A stretch of DNA of 64,000 nt from positions 90,955 through 154,954 of the forward strand of contig JAKLII010000002.1 in NCBI GenBank assembly GCA_022709695.1, given 5' to 3'. Both the position numbers and the translations under genes were made by a program. Below the pieces are notes generated by a model. It was not told the origin of the DNA, ran no database searches, and saw only the letters and a program-made list of their open reading frames with translations. Positions 53,687 through 62,320 of this stretch are shown piece after piece. The stretch's first letter is position 1. Every line of letters begins with the position of its first letter. This stretch comes from Bacteroidota bacterium (GTDB taxonomy: Bacteria > Bacteroidota > Bacteroidia > Bacteroidales > SKPS01).

Positions 53687-54991
53687 ATGGAACGACGATC
53701 AGACCGATTGGAAGAGCGCATAAAAAAAGCCATGCTGGCAGGGGAGGCCACTCCTCCGGCAGGAGCATGGGCCAGGATCGAGGAGTCGCTGCTGGCAGTA
53801 TCACGGCACCACAGGGTTGTGATGTGGCGCAGGATTGCCGGTGTTGCAGCCGTTTCTGCAGCCCTGATCACAGGATATCTGATACGGAATGAGTGGGGGG
53901 ATGTCAGGCAGGAAAAGTATGACCTTGTTGCCCATCAGACTCCCCCTCAGAAACATCCCTTATCCATACAAAAAGGGTACATGAAATCAAAAGTGGCATC
54001 TGCAGAATCGGAGAAAACCTTAAGGAGAAATGGGGACGCTGAAGGTTCTGTTCAGGCAGGGAATTACAAATCCCGGACAGGCCCGTCATCCATATCAAAT
54101 GAAGCTGTTACCACAAACCCCGAAATACCGCTCACCTATATCACTATTCAAACATCTGATGAGACATACCCTCCTGACCAGCTGGCGGTAACCATTCCCT
54201 GGATTCCGGTTTTTCTGATTCCTGACCTGAAACCGCAGATTGCCCATGATTTTCCGGCAGCACCGGAAAAAATGAGAAGACGATGGCAGATGACAGGATA
54301 TGCAGGCAGGACGTTTGCCGGTTATTATGCCTCCGGTGACGGTGGTATCAGCAACTCTTCCTTCCGGAATGATATGATAGAGAACTCCGGAGAGCAGATC
54401 ATCAGACCCAAAGGTTCTATCGGGCTTGGTGTGGGCTTTCGTATTACTGACCGGATCGGTTTGCAGACCGGTGCTGTGTACAACCAGTTCAGTACCACCC
54501 TCTCGTCAGGGGAGCAGGAAATTACCGTTTTAAGTAATTACAGACCGGCCTCCAATATTTTTGGCGAATTATCCTACAGTTCCGCTCTGAAGGACGAACT
54601 GGTCACCTATCCCATTCTCGAGGTACCATCAGGGGAATTGGTACAGCACTTCAGTTGGCTGGAGGTTCCACTTACTGGTTCATACACCCTGGTCAAAGGG
54701 CCCGTTGGTATTTCCGTCAAAGCCGGTTTTGGGGGAAACATCCTCACTGACAATCGGTTAATTCGCCAGACCGGAAATAATGAGGCATACATCGGAACCA
54801 CATTGGGATTAAAAAGGATGTATGTAAGTGGACTCATTGGAATTGATCTGTACTATGAAGCCGGAAAATCATGGGCTTTAAGCTTTAATCCCCTCTACAG
54901 GCAATCACTGCAGCCAATCAGCAGGGGGCAGGAATCAAAACCTTTCCTGCTCAACCTGGGTATTTATTCAGGTATCAGTTACAGGTTCTGA
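53687..54991 (+). CDS. Membrane-anchored protein with a C-terminal outer-membrane beta-barrel-like domain (anti-sigma-like by position only)
   Basis: 434 aa. A ~48-aa charged N-terminus, one TM segment (IAGVAAVSAALITGYLI), a ~140-aa linker, then an OMP_b-brl-type region (WLEVPLTGSYTLVKGPVGISVKAGFGGN...LNLGIYSGISYRF) with a terminal Phe. It starts 7 nt after the sigma gene. Confidence 0.5.
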   Translation: MERRSDRLEERIKKAMLAGEATPPAGAWARIEESLLAVSRHHRVVMWRRIAGVAAVSAALITGYLIRNEWGDVRQEKYDLVAHQTPPQKHPLSIQKGYMKSKVASAESEKTLRRNGDAEGSVQAGNYKSRTGPSSISNEAVTTNPEIPLTYITIQTSDETYPPDQLAVTIPWIPVFLIPDLKPQIAHDFPAAPEKMRRRWQMTGYAGRTFAGYYASGDGGISNSSFRNDMIENSGEQIIRPKGSIGLGVGFRITDRIGLQTGAVYNQFSTTLSSGEQEITVLSNYRPASNIFGELSYSSALKDELVTYPILEVPSGELVQHFSWLEVPLTGSYTLVKGPVGISVKAGFGGNILTDNRLIRQTGNNEAYIGTTLGLKRMYVSGLIGIDLYYEAGKSWALSFNPLYRQSLQPISRGQESKPFLLNLGIYSGISYRF

Positions 54992-55001
54992 GATTAAATG
55001 C

Positions 55002-55691
55002 CTAAAGCAGCCCCTTCACCCTTGGTTTTCCCGCTGCAAAATCTTTCACATAGAGTGGTTCGAAATAGGCTAGGTCATCTGCATCGCCCTTTTGAAGTCT
55101 TTCGATGGCGGGTTGCACCAGATATTCAGCCTGTGGATATATTTCAGGGATCAGCAGGATATTTTCCCTGCCGGCGAAGGTATCTCCGAATTTCAGAATT
55201 CCATCGCCTACGATAAAAACCCTGCCTGACCGGGTATAATGATCGAATGATTCCGGGTTAATAATCACGGGTTCCACTGATTCCAGCAGGTTCATCTGAT
55301 GGTCATACACCTCCCGGTACACTTCCATCCGGCGCGCATCAATCATAGGCACTACGATATCACCAGGGCTGCAGAGGTATCCGGCCTTTCGCGCCATGGC
55401 AAAAAGGGATGATACTGCTACCAGTGGAATGTTGCAGGCGAAACATATCCCTTTGGCAGCAGAGGCCCCTATTCTCAAACCTGTGTAGGAACCGGGGCCT
55501 TTGCTGACCGCAACTGCATCGATTTCCTTTCCTGAGACCGCCCCTTCCTGCAGGACCTCCTCCATGAATTTTGTAAGCAGGGCCGCATGCTGATTTCCGT
55601 TGACCACTTCACGGGAGGCGATTATCCGGGTTTCATCAGCCAATACAACCGAACAGACTTTGGTTGAGGATTCAATGGCAAGTAAGGTCAT
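55002..55691 (-). CDS. tsaB: tRNA threonylcarbamoyladenosine (t6A) biosynthesis protein TsaB
   Basis: MTLLAIESSTKVCSVVLAD ... VAVSKGPGSYTGLRIGASAAKG. This is the typical inactive-Kae1 paralogue. Confidence 0.85.
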   Translation of the reverse strand: MTLLAIESSTKVCSVVLADETRIIASREVVNGNQHAALLTKFMEEVLQEGAVSGKEIDAVAVSKGPGSYTGLRIGASAAKGICFACNIPLVAVSSLFAMARKAGYLCSPGDIVVPMIDARRMEVYREVYDHQMNLLESVEPVIINPESFDHYTRSGRVFIVGDGILKFGDTFAGRENILLIPEIYPQAEYLVQPAIERLQKGDADDLAYFEPLYVKDFAAGKPRVKGLL

Positions 55692-55693
55692 AG

Positions 55694-57070
55694 CTATTCC
55701 TTATCCCTGAAAAGTTCATTTTTGCTGACTTTCTTTACTTTATCACCGTTTTTCAGGTCTTTTGTAACAGCACTGTAAGGGGCTACCACAATTTCCTCAC
55801 CTTCTTTCAACCCGGATACAACCCTGATGTATTCCGAATCCTGAATACCGGTTTCCACTTCTCTCATTTTTACGGTTCCGGCTTCATATACAAAAACATA
55901 CTGCTTCAATTCCTTTAGTTCGGCCTTTTTTTGCCGCTGCTTTTCTTCCTCGCTCTGCTCTTCGGCAGGCTGATCCTTGAAGTTCTTTTTCAGTGCGGCA
56001 ATCTTTGAACCGCTGGTATCGGCACGTGCTGTAACTGATTCGATGGGAATCGTAAGTACATTATCAGCGTATGCAGTGCGGATATCAACGCTGGCCGACA
56101 TACCGGGCCGGAAGGGTGACTGCCCCGGGTCATCGGATACCAGATCCGTATAGGAGGCCTGCAGTAGTCTGATTTTCACTTCGAAATTGGTAACCTGATC
56201 GGTATTTAACTGCGTTGAGCTGGCTGAGTTGGCGATACGGGTTACCACACCCGAGAACTTCCTGTCGGGGTAAGCATCCACTTCCACTTCTGCCGTATCA
56301 TTAAGTTTAACCCGGATGATATCATTTTCACTCACTTCTATACTCACTTCCATATTTGAAAGATCGGCAATACGCATGATTTCTGTTCCTTCGAACTGTG
56401 AGGTCCCTACAACCCTCTCCCCTTTTTTCTTCGAGAGACGTGAAACTGTGCCATCCATCGGGGCAAACAAGGTGGTTTTGGTAAGGTTAACACGGGCTTC
56501 CCTGAGGGATGCTTCAGCGCTTTTGACTCCGAATCTGGCGGCTTCAATACTTTGCTTTGCTGCCTCCAGCTCTGCAGTGGCAATATCGAGCGCTACTGAT
56601 GCTGCCTCAAATTCAGCTTCTGAAACGGCTCCCTTCTTGTGCAGGGTGTTGATTCTGTTGTACTCGCTTTTGCTCTTCAGCAGCTGGGCTTCCATCTGCA
56701 CCTGCCTGGTGCGGGCATTGGCCAGGTTGGCCCTTTGGGTATTTACGCCGGCTTCCATCTGTTCCAGAAATGAAAGGTAGTTCTCAGGATTGATCCTGGC
56801 GAGCATCTGCCCCTTCTTCACTTTATCCCCTTCCTTTACATACAACTCAACGATTTCCCCCGATACATCAGGGGTAATCAGCAATTCCACCTCCGGCTGA
56901 ATTTTGCCACTGGCAGAAACGATTTCAATGATGGATCGTTTTTCGGCTTTCTCAGTGGACACTTTAACGGATTTGTCCTTAGCGATCCAACCCTGCTTTT
57001 TGGCTACCACCAATAGAATCAGAATTACCACTGCTGCGGCCACCAATACATATACAGTACGCTTTTTCAT
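55694..57070 (-). CDS. Efflux periplasmic adaptor (HlyD/MFP, MacA-like) protein
   Basis: N-terminal TM segment. Lipoyl-like hairpins (ITPDVSGEIVELYVKEGDKVKKGQMLARI; LFAPMDGTVS). A long coiled-coil hairpin. A beta-barrel domain and a membrane-proximal domain. Confidence 0.8.
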   Translation of the reverse strand: MKKRTVYVLVAAAVVILILLVVAKKQGWIAKDKSVKVSTEKAEKRSIIEIVSASGKIQPEVELLITPDVSGEIVELYVKEGDKVKKGQMLARINPENYLSFLEQMEAGVNTQRANLANARTRQVQMEAQLLKSKSEYNRINTLHKKGAVSEAEFEAASVALDIATAELEAAKQSIEAARFGVKSAEASLREARVNLTKTTLFAPMDGTVSRLSKKKGERVVGTSQFEGTEIMRIADLSNMEVSIEVSENDIIRVKLNDTAEVEVDAYPDRKFSGVVTRIANSASSTQLNTDQVTNFEVKIRLLQASYTDLVSDDPGQSPFRPGMSASVDIRTAYADNVLTIPIESVTARADTSGSKIAALKKNFKDQPAEEQSEEEKQRQKKAELKELKQYVFVYEAGTVKMREVETGIQDSEYIRVVSGLKEGEEIVVAPYSAVTKDLKNGDKVKKVSKNELFRDKE

Positions 57071-57109
57071 GATCGGAGATTTGTTCGGTTTTGTGAAAAC
57101 GGAAAGGGG

Positions 57110-58540
57110 TTATAAGGTGATTTCCTTCCCCATATAAAAATCGAGGAGACTGGTTTTAAAGATATATTCATAGCGGGCTCCGAGCATTTGTGCTTCTGCA
57201 GCCATCAGGCGATTTTTCGCTTCGTTAAATTCGAGGGAACCCACCATCCCCACATTGAACCGTTCTTCTGCATATAAAAACGATTCTTTGAGTGCTTCCC
57301 ATGACTTTTTTGCAGCCAGGTAGGTTTTCAGGGCTGCTGCAGCATCTGCATGAGCCTGCTGAATTTCCTGAAACAGCTGCTGTTGCTGCAGTTCGCTGTT
57401 AAAGCGTGCATTAGCAAGACTGAGTTCGGCGTTTTTGATGGAGGTCTGATTCTGTAATCCGTTGAATAAGGGGACGGTAAGGTAAACTGCCACCGACTGG
57501 TTAAAGTTGTCATTGAGCTGTTTGCCAAATGGTCTGAGGGCTTCCTGCACATCCAGAACCGGAGCATAAACCGTATCAAAGCCTGAAGTGAACATTCCGT
57601 TGGGTTCAAACCCCGCGATGGAATAGGTATAATCCTTTCTGGCCCCCGAGAAGCCTGTTCCCATGGATGCTGTGAGGTGCAACGAAGGCCACATGCCACC
57701 CCTGGCTGCCTTTAACCCCAGGTCGGCCATTTTTACCTGCATTTCAGCACTTTGAATCTGTGGCAGGTGGTCATTGGCATATTTATATATATCCACCGGG
57801 GACAGCAGCAAGGTTTCGGTGGGTTCCTTACCGGTGCTTTCAGGTTTCATCACCAGAAATTCAGTGCCCGGATCGAGATTAAGCAGCTGGCTTAATATAA
57901 GATACGACATCGCCAGCTGGTTTTCGGCACGTACCACGTTTGCCTCTTCAGAGGCCAGCTGGGCTTCGAGGGTGAGCAGTTCGCCCCGGGGGCGCATGCC
58001 GGATTCAACCAACTGCTCTATTCTGGCAACCTGCTGTTGCGTGATCGTGCGCTGTCCTTCCGCTACCGCAAGCTGCTCGGTGTTATAAAGTACCTGAAGG
58101 TAGGCAGTTGCCACATTCAGCATGATATCGTTGGTGGCTTTATCGCAATCGAGCCGCTTGGCAGTAAGTCCGGCATGCTGTTGTGCAGCGATATTCAGCA
58201 GCCTGAACCCGTTAAAAATGGTGACTCCCGATTGGACGTAGAAGTTATTGGTTTGAACCCTTTCCGAGGCAAACTGGTTGGTATAGAGGTCCACAGTCTG
58301 CCCCCAGTTATACCCGTGCGATGCATTGGCATTGAGGGTAGGCAACATGGCAGCCCTGGCCTGCTGCATGCTGTTTTTCTGCATCTCCACCCCCAGTCTT
58401 GCTACCTTGAGGCCGATATTATTCCCGATTGCGAGGTCGATGCATGCAGAAAGGTCATATACAGGTGTTTGCCCGTATAACAGCACCGGAATAAAAACAC
58501 CCAACCCCAGCAGCCATTTTTTCATCTTTTTGGATTTCAT
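57110..58540 (-). CDS. TolC-family outer-membrane efflux channel
   Basis: 476 aa with a signal peptide. It shows the two-repeat TolC pattern (DLSACIDLAIGNNIGLKVARL...; LSPVDIYKYANDHLPQIQSAEMQVKMADLGLKAARG...). The start may be the second ATG (MKKWLLG). Confidence 0.8.
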   Translation of the reverse strand: MKSKKMKKWLLGLGVFIPVLLYGQTPVYDLSACIDLAIGNNIGLKVARLGVEMQKNSMQQARAAMLPTLNANASHGYNWGQTVDLYTNQFASERVQTNNFYVQSGVTIFNGFRLLNIAAQQHAGLTAKRLDCDKATNDIMLNVATAYLQVLYNTEQLAVAEGQRTITQQQVARIEQLVESGMRPRGELLTLEAQLASEEANVVRAENQLAMSYLILSQLLNLDPGTEFLVMKPESTGKEPTETLLLSPVDIYKYANDHLPQIQSAEMQVKMADLGLKAARGGMWPSLHLTASMGTGFSGARKDYTYSIAGFEPNGMFTSGFDTVYAPVLDVQEALRPFGKQLNDNFNQSVAVYLTVPLFNGLQNQTSIKNAELSLANARFNSELQQQQLFQEIQQAHADAAAALKTYLAAKKSWEALKESFLYAEERFNVGMVGSLEFNEAKNRLMAAEAQMLGARYEYIFKTSLLDFYMGKEITL

Positions 58541-58670
58541 GGTGAAGAAATTTCAAGGGCTTCAGTTGTTTGCCCCTGATCAGATAACAGGTTACAAACT
58601 TACTAAAAGTATGGCACCGGAAAATTCTCTATCTTGCAATCGAAAATTTTTTCCTGCGAATAACACCATC

Positions 58671-61016
58671 ATGAAATACTTGCGGCTGTATATCACCGGG
58701 TTGTTTGCCCTGATTGCCGGTTATGCCGGCAGTCAGACCCTGAAGAGCGACACCGTTGATGTGCTGAATTACACGATACGTCTGGATATGCGGCATCTGT
58801 CGACCCAGCAGATTTATGGCAATACCGAAATCCTGCTGGTACCCCGTATGGCCCAGGTCATCAGTTTTTCACTGGATTTCAGAAAGCTTACCATCGACAG
58901 TATCTTTCTGAACCATCAGGTTTTCAGTAACTTTACCTATAACGATACCGTTCTCGGAATTTTACTGCCGGCAGCAGCAACCCCATCAGACACACTCACC
59001 CTGAGGGTTGTATATCATGGTACTCCGCTGATTGAGCCATACAACTGGGGTGGTTTTCATTTTCTTCCCGACAGTACCATGGCTTACAACCTGGGGGTAG
59101 CATTTCAGGATTATCCCCACAATTATGGCAGGATCTGGTTCCCATGCCTCGATGATTTTACCGACAGAGCCACCTACGATGTGATTGTTCGCACAAAAGG
59201 CTCACACAAAGCGGTTTGCGGAGGTTACCTGGCCGACACCCTTCAGTTTTCTGACGGCAGCATTGCCTGGCACTGGAAGCTTGAACAACCCATCCCCACC
59301 TATCTTGCTTCGGTGGCAGTGGGTGAATTTTCCCTTATTCCGGGAAGTATCAACGGGATTCAGGGGCCCATTCCGGTGACCATTTTTGTAAAGCCACAGG
59401 ATTCTGTCAAAGCTATCGGGTCATTTTCGAATCTGGGGTACATGGTCGGGATATTTGAAAACAGGTTCGGCCCGTACCGGTGGCCCAGAATCGGTTATAC
59501 CGGAACCACCAAAGGGGCCATGGAGCATGCCACCAATATCGCACTGCCCAGAAACCTGATTACCGGTAACAACAGCTACGACTGGCTGATTGCCCATGAG
59601 TTGTCGCACCACTGGTTTGGGAATCTGATGACCTGTTCTTCGGCCGAGGATATGTGGATCAATGAGGGGTGGGCAAGGTATTGTGAAGCGATCTTTTCTG
59701 AAGGGATTTCCGGATGGGACAGCTACAAATCCTATATCATGGGGCTGCAGAAGGATGTATTGAACTATGCCCACACCAACAGCTCAGGGGGAGATGGTTC
59801 ATTTTTCCCGCTGTATCCTGTTCCCCAGACACATACCTACGGCACTACGGTGTACGACAAAGGGGCACTGGTGGCACATTCCCTTCGCGGTTACCTGGGA
59901 GACAGCCTTTTTTTCAGCGGCATCAAAGCGCTGCTGTCCCAATTCGCCTTTATGCCCGCCAGCAGTTATCAGATCCGGGATTTTCTTTCCCAGCAAACCG
60001 GCAAAAACCTGAACCCATTCTTTGATGGCTGGGTTTTTACACCGGGCTTCCCCCATTTTTCGATCGATTCGATCCGTTCCATTGCCGCCGGGAATCAGTG
60101 GAATGTTACGGTATATGCAAGGCAAAAGATGTTCGGAAGGTCTGTGCTGACGCAGGACAATACGGTTGAAATCGGTTTTTATCAGGACAGGAATAATTGG
60201 CAGATACACCGGATGAACTTCTCAGGGCAGCTGGGACAGACCACCTTTGTGCTTCCATTCAATCCTGTACTTGTATTGATGGACCCCGAGGACCGTCTGT
60301 CGGATGCCATTACTGCTGAAACTGCGAAGATCACCACAACCGGCACCCTGCAGTTCCCAAATGAGTTTTTCCGGCTTAAGGTTGACTCCCTTCCTGATAC
60401 CCTCCTGGTAAGGATTGAGCACTCCTTTGTGCCTCCTGATCCTCTTCCGCAACCGGTTGCAGGGCTCACACTCTCTCCGAACCGGTACTGGAAAATCAGT
60501 GGTATTATACCTTCCGGGACCAGTCTCGAAGGATTATTCACTTACAGCACTGGAAACCAGTTCGACAATGCCCTGATCACAAACACCCAGGATTCTTTGG
60601 TGATTCTGTACAGAAATTCACCGGGCGATGTGTGGAGTGGCGTTGCATTTTCGAGAACCCCCTCTCCTACCGCCGGCACCATCACGGTTCCCGATTTTCA
60701 GCCAGGCGAATATGTGCTGGCCAGGTGGGATAAAAATCATATCGGTATCGTTCAACCCCTCCCCGATGTCCGGTTGAATATCTACCCCAATCCTGTTTGT
60801 AATGAACTGATTATATACAGTCCCGAACGATTTCATGTGACAACGGAGCTCATTTCTCCGGAGGGGAAAATTGTATTCTCCATGCAGCACCTGCTTGAAG
60901 AGGGGGAACAAAAAATACGGCTGCCCGGTGATCTTCCGTTCAGCCATTATGTCCTGAGAATATCAGAGACAAACGGGTCATGGGTTCATTCTGAAAAAAT
61001 TACCGTATGTCCTTAA
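58671..61016 (+). CDS. M1-family zinc metallopeptidase (aminopeptidase N-like) with a T9SS C-terminal sorting domain
   Basis: I set the start at ATG 58671 (MKYLRLYITGLFALIAGYAGSQ). The ORF-track start at 58326 runs antisense through the TolC gene. It has the gluzincin site HELSHHWFGNLMT-x-WINEGWA (HExxH-x18-E). The exopeptidase motif reads GAMEH. The CTD is IYPNPVCNELIIYS...HYVLRISETNGSWVHSEKITVCP. Confidence 0.8.
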   Translation: MKYLRLYITGLFALIAGYAGSQTLKSDTVDVLNYTIRLDMRHLSTQQIYGNTEILLVPRMAQVISFSLDFRKLTIDSIFLNHQVFSNFTYNDTVLGILLPAAATPSDTLTLRVVYHGTPLIEPYNWGGFHFLPDSTMAYNLGVAFQDYPHNYGRIWFPCLDDFTDRATYDVIVRTKGSHKAVCGGYLADTLQFSDGSIAWHWKLEQPIPTYLASVAVGEFSLIPGSINGIQGPIPVTIFVKPQDSVKAIGSFSNLGYMVGIFENRFGPYRWPRIGYTGTTKGAMEHATNIALPRNLITGNNSYDWLIAHELSHHWFGNLMTCSSAEDMWINEGWARYCEAIFSEGISGWDSYKSYIMGLQKDVLNYAHTNSSGGDGSFFPLYPVPQTHTYGTTVYDKGALVAHSLRGYLGDSLFFSGIKALLSQFAFMPASSYQIRDFLSQQTGKNLNPFFDGWVFTPGFPHFSIDSIRSIAAGNQWNVTVYARQKMFGRSVLTQDNTVEIGFYQDRNNWQIHRMNFSGQLGQTTFVLPFNPVLVLMDPEDRLSDAITAETAKITTTGTLQFPNEFFRLKVDSLPDTLLVRIEHSFVPPDPLPQPVAGLTLSPNRYWKISGIIPSGTSLEGLFTYSTGNQFDNALITNTQDSLVILYRNSPGDVWSGVAFSRTPSPTAGTITVPDFQPGEYVLARWDKNHIGIVQPLPDVRLNIYPNPVCNELIIYSPERFHVTTELISPEGKIVFSMQHLLEEGEQKIRLPGDLPFSHYVLRISETNGSWVHSEKITVCP

Positions 61017-62284
61017 TCTCCCATACCTTTTTTTGCTGGGTGTTCCTTTTTGGGATATACCTGATACCCTGGCACGCATCGGCCCAGAAGCTTTACAGAA
61101 TCGGGGCTGAGAACGGGGATTGTCAGAACGCCATCGAACTGCTGGATACCGTTTTCGGACCAACCACCCCCCCCCTGGGGCCGGGAAGCGTGCCCGAATT
61201 CAACAGCACAAAGCATGATCTCTACTCTTTTGAACAGGAGCATCATACGGTTTGGTACATATTTGAAGCACTTGATGACTGTGATTTACTGCTTGAGGTT
61301 GTTCCTTTGTCGGTTAAAGATGATTATGACTTTATCCTGTTTCGTTATGAAGGGGATAACACCTGTGCAGATATACGGGAGAGGAAAATCATTCCGGTTC
61401 GGAGCTGCATTTCAAGAAACGATACTTTAATAAAGAGCCGGACCGGATTATCCTATTCCGCCAAGGACGATTTTATCCATTCGGGTCCCGGCCCCTCCTT
61501 TTCCCGTCCGCTGCCCATGAAAAAAGGCGAAAGATACCTTCTGGTGCTTGATAATGTATATTCCGGCGGGGATGGGCACCATCTGTACCTGAAATACGGG
61601 AACTGCAGAAAGCCTGAACCGGCAGTCCAGGTGCAGCCCTCCAACTACCTGAATCTGACGGTCAGAGAATCCGGAACCATAAAACCTGTTGCTGCCCGGA
61701 TCACCCTGATAGACAAATCTGCCACAGGAGCTGATGCAGATTCTGTGATCTGGGAAGACTCATCTTCCATTTTCACAAAAATGAAAAGGTCAGCGCAATA
61801 TCAGCTTTTGGTACAGGCACCGGGTTACTTTCAGTTCTCCGATATCGTGAAAACCGGAGCTGATTTCCAGACCTACCTGAAAACGGTAAATCTTGTGCCG
61901 ATCAAAGAGGGTAAAAAGGTTTCGTTCAGCAACATCCTGTTTGTGGGCGGTAGCGACCAATTTCTTCGCGAATCGTACCCGGTGCTGGAGGATATCATTC
62001 AGACCCTGAAGGATCAGCCGGGTATCGAAATCGACATCATCGGGCACGTGAATGAACCCTATAACAACCGAAGCGGGAAATCCACCGCTGAAAACCAGAC
62101 GCTCAGCGAAAAAAGGGCATTTGCGGTGTATCAGTATCTGATCCGCAAGGGCATTGCTTCCTCAAGGCTTTCCTGGCAGGGGAAAGGAAGTACCGAGATG
62201 GTTTACCCGTATGCTTCAACCGAAGATCAGATGCAGGCGAACCGAAGGGTTGAACTGTACATAAAAAAATACAGCAGTGAATAG
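61007..62284 (+). CDS. OmpA-family protein (C-terminal peptidoglycan-binding OmpA domain) with an unknown N-terminal domain
   Basis: 425 aa with a signal peptide (PWHASAQ). The N-terminal domain has CQNAIEL...HTVWYIFEA...DDYDFILFRYEG...GERYLLVLDNVYSGGDGHHLYLKY. The OmpA_C end has ILFVGGSDQF...IIGHVN...LSEKRAFAVYQYLIRKGI...NRRVELYI. It overlaps the M1 gene by 10 nt. Confidence 0.75.
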   Translation: MSLISHTFFCWVFLFGIYLIPWHASAQKLYRIGAENGDCQNAIELLDTVFGPTTPPLGPGSVPEFNSTKHDLYSFEQEHHTVWYIFEALDDCDLLLEVVPLSVKDDYDFILFRYEGDNTCADIRERKIIPVRSCISRNDTLIKSRTGLSYSAKDDFIHSGPGPSFSRPLPMKKGERYLLVLDNVYSGGDGHHLYLKYGNCRKPEPAVQVQPSNYLNLTVRESGTIKPVAARITLIDKSATGADADSVIWEDSSSIFTKMKRSAQYQLLVQAPGYFQFSDIVKTGADFQTYLKTVNLVPIKEGKKVSFSNILFVGGSDQFLRESYPVLEDIIQTLKDQPGIEIDIIGHVNEPYNNRSGKSTAENQTLSEKRAFAVYQYLIRKGIASSRLSWQGKGSTEMVYPYASTEDQMQANRRVELYIKKYSSE

Positions 62285-62299
62285 GAATCCACTGCTGTA
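62270..62299. terminator. 10-bp perfect hairpin spanning the OmpA-family stop codon (possible terminator between convergent genes)
   Basis: TACAGCAGTG (62270-62279) pairs with CACTGCTGTA (62290-62299) across a 10-nt loop. The T-tract is weak (TTATCATT), so terminator function is uncertain. Confidence 0.4.
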
Positions 62300-62320
62300 T
62301 TATCATTCGTACCCAGGCAA

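Noticed and set aside
58326-58670. 115-codon N-terminal extension of the M1 peptidase ORF
   Set aside because: It runs antisense through the 5' end of the TolC-family gene. ATG 58671 yields a normal signal peptide (MKYLRLYITGLFALIAGYAGSQ).
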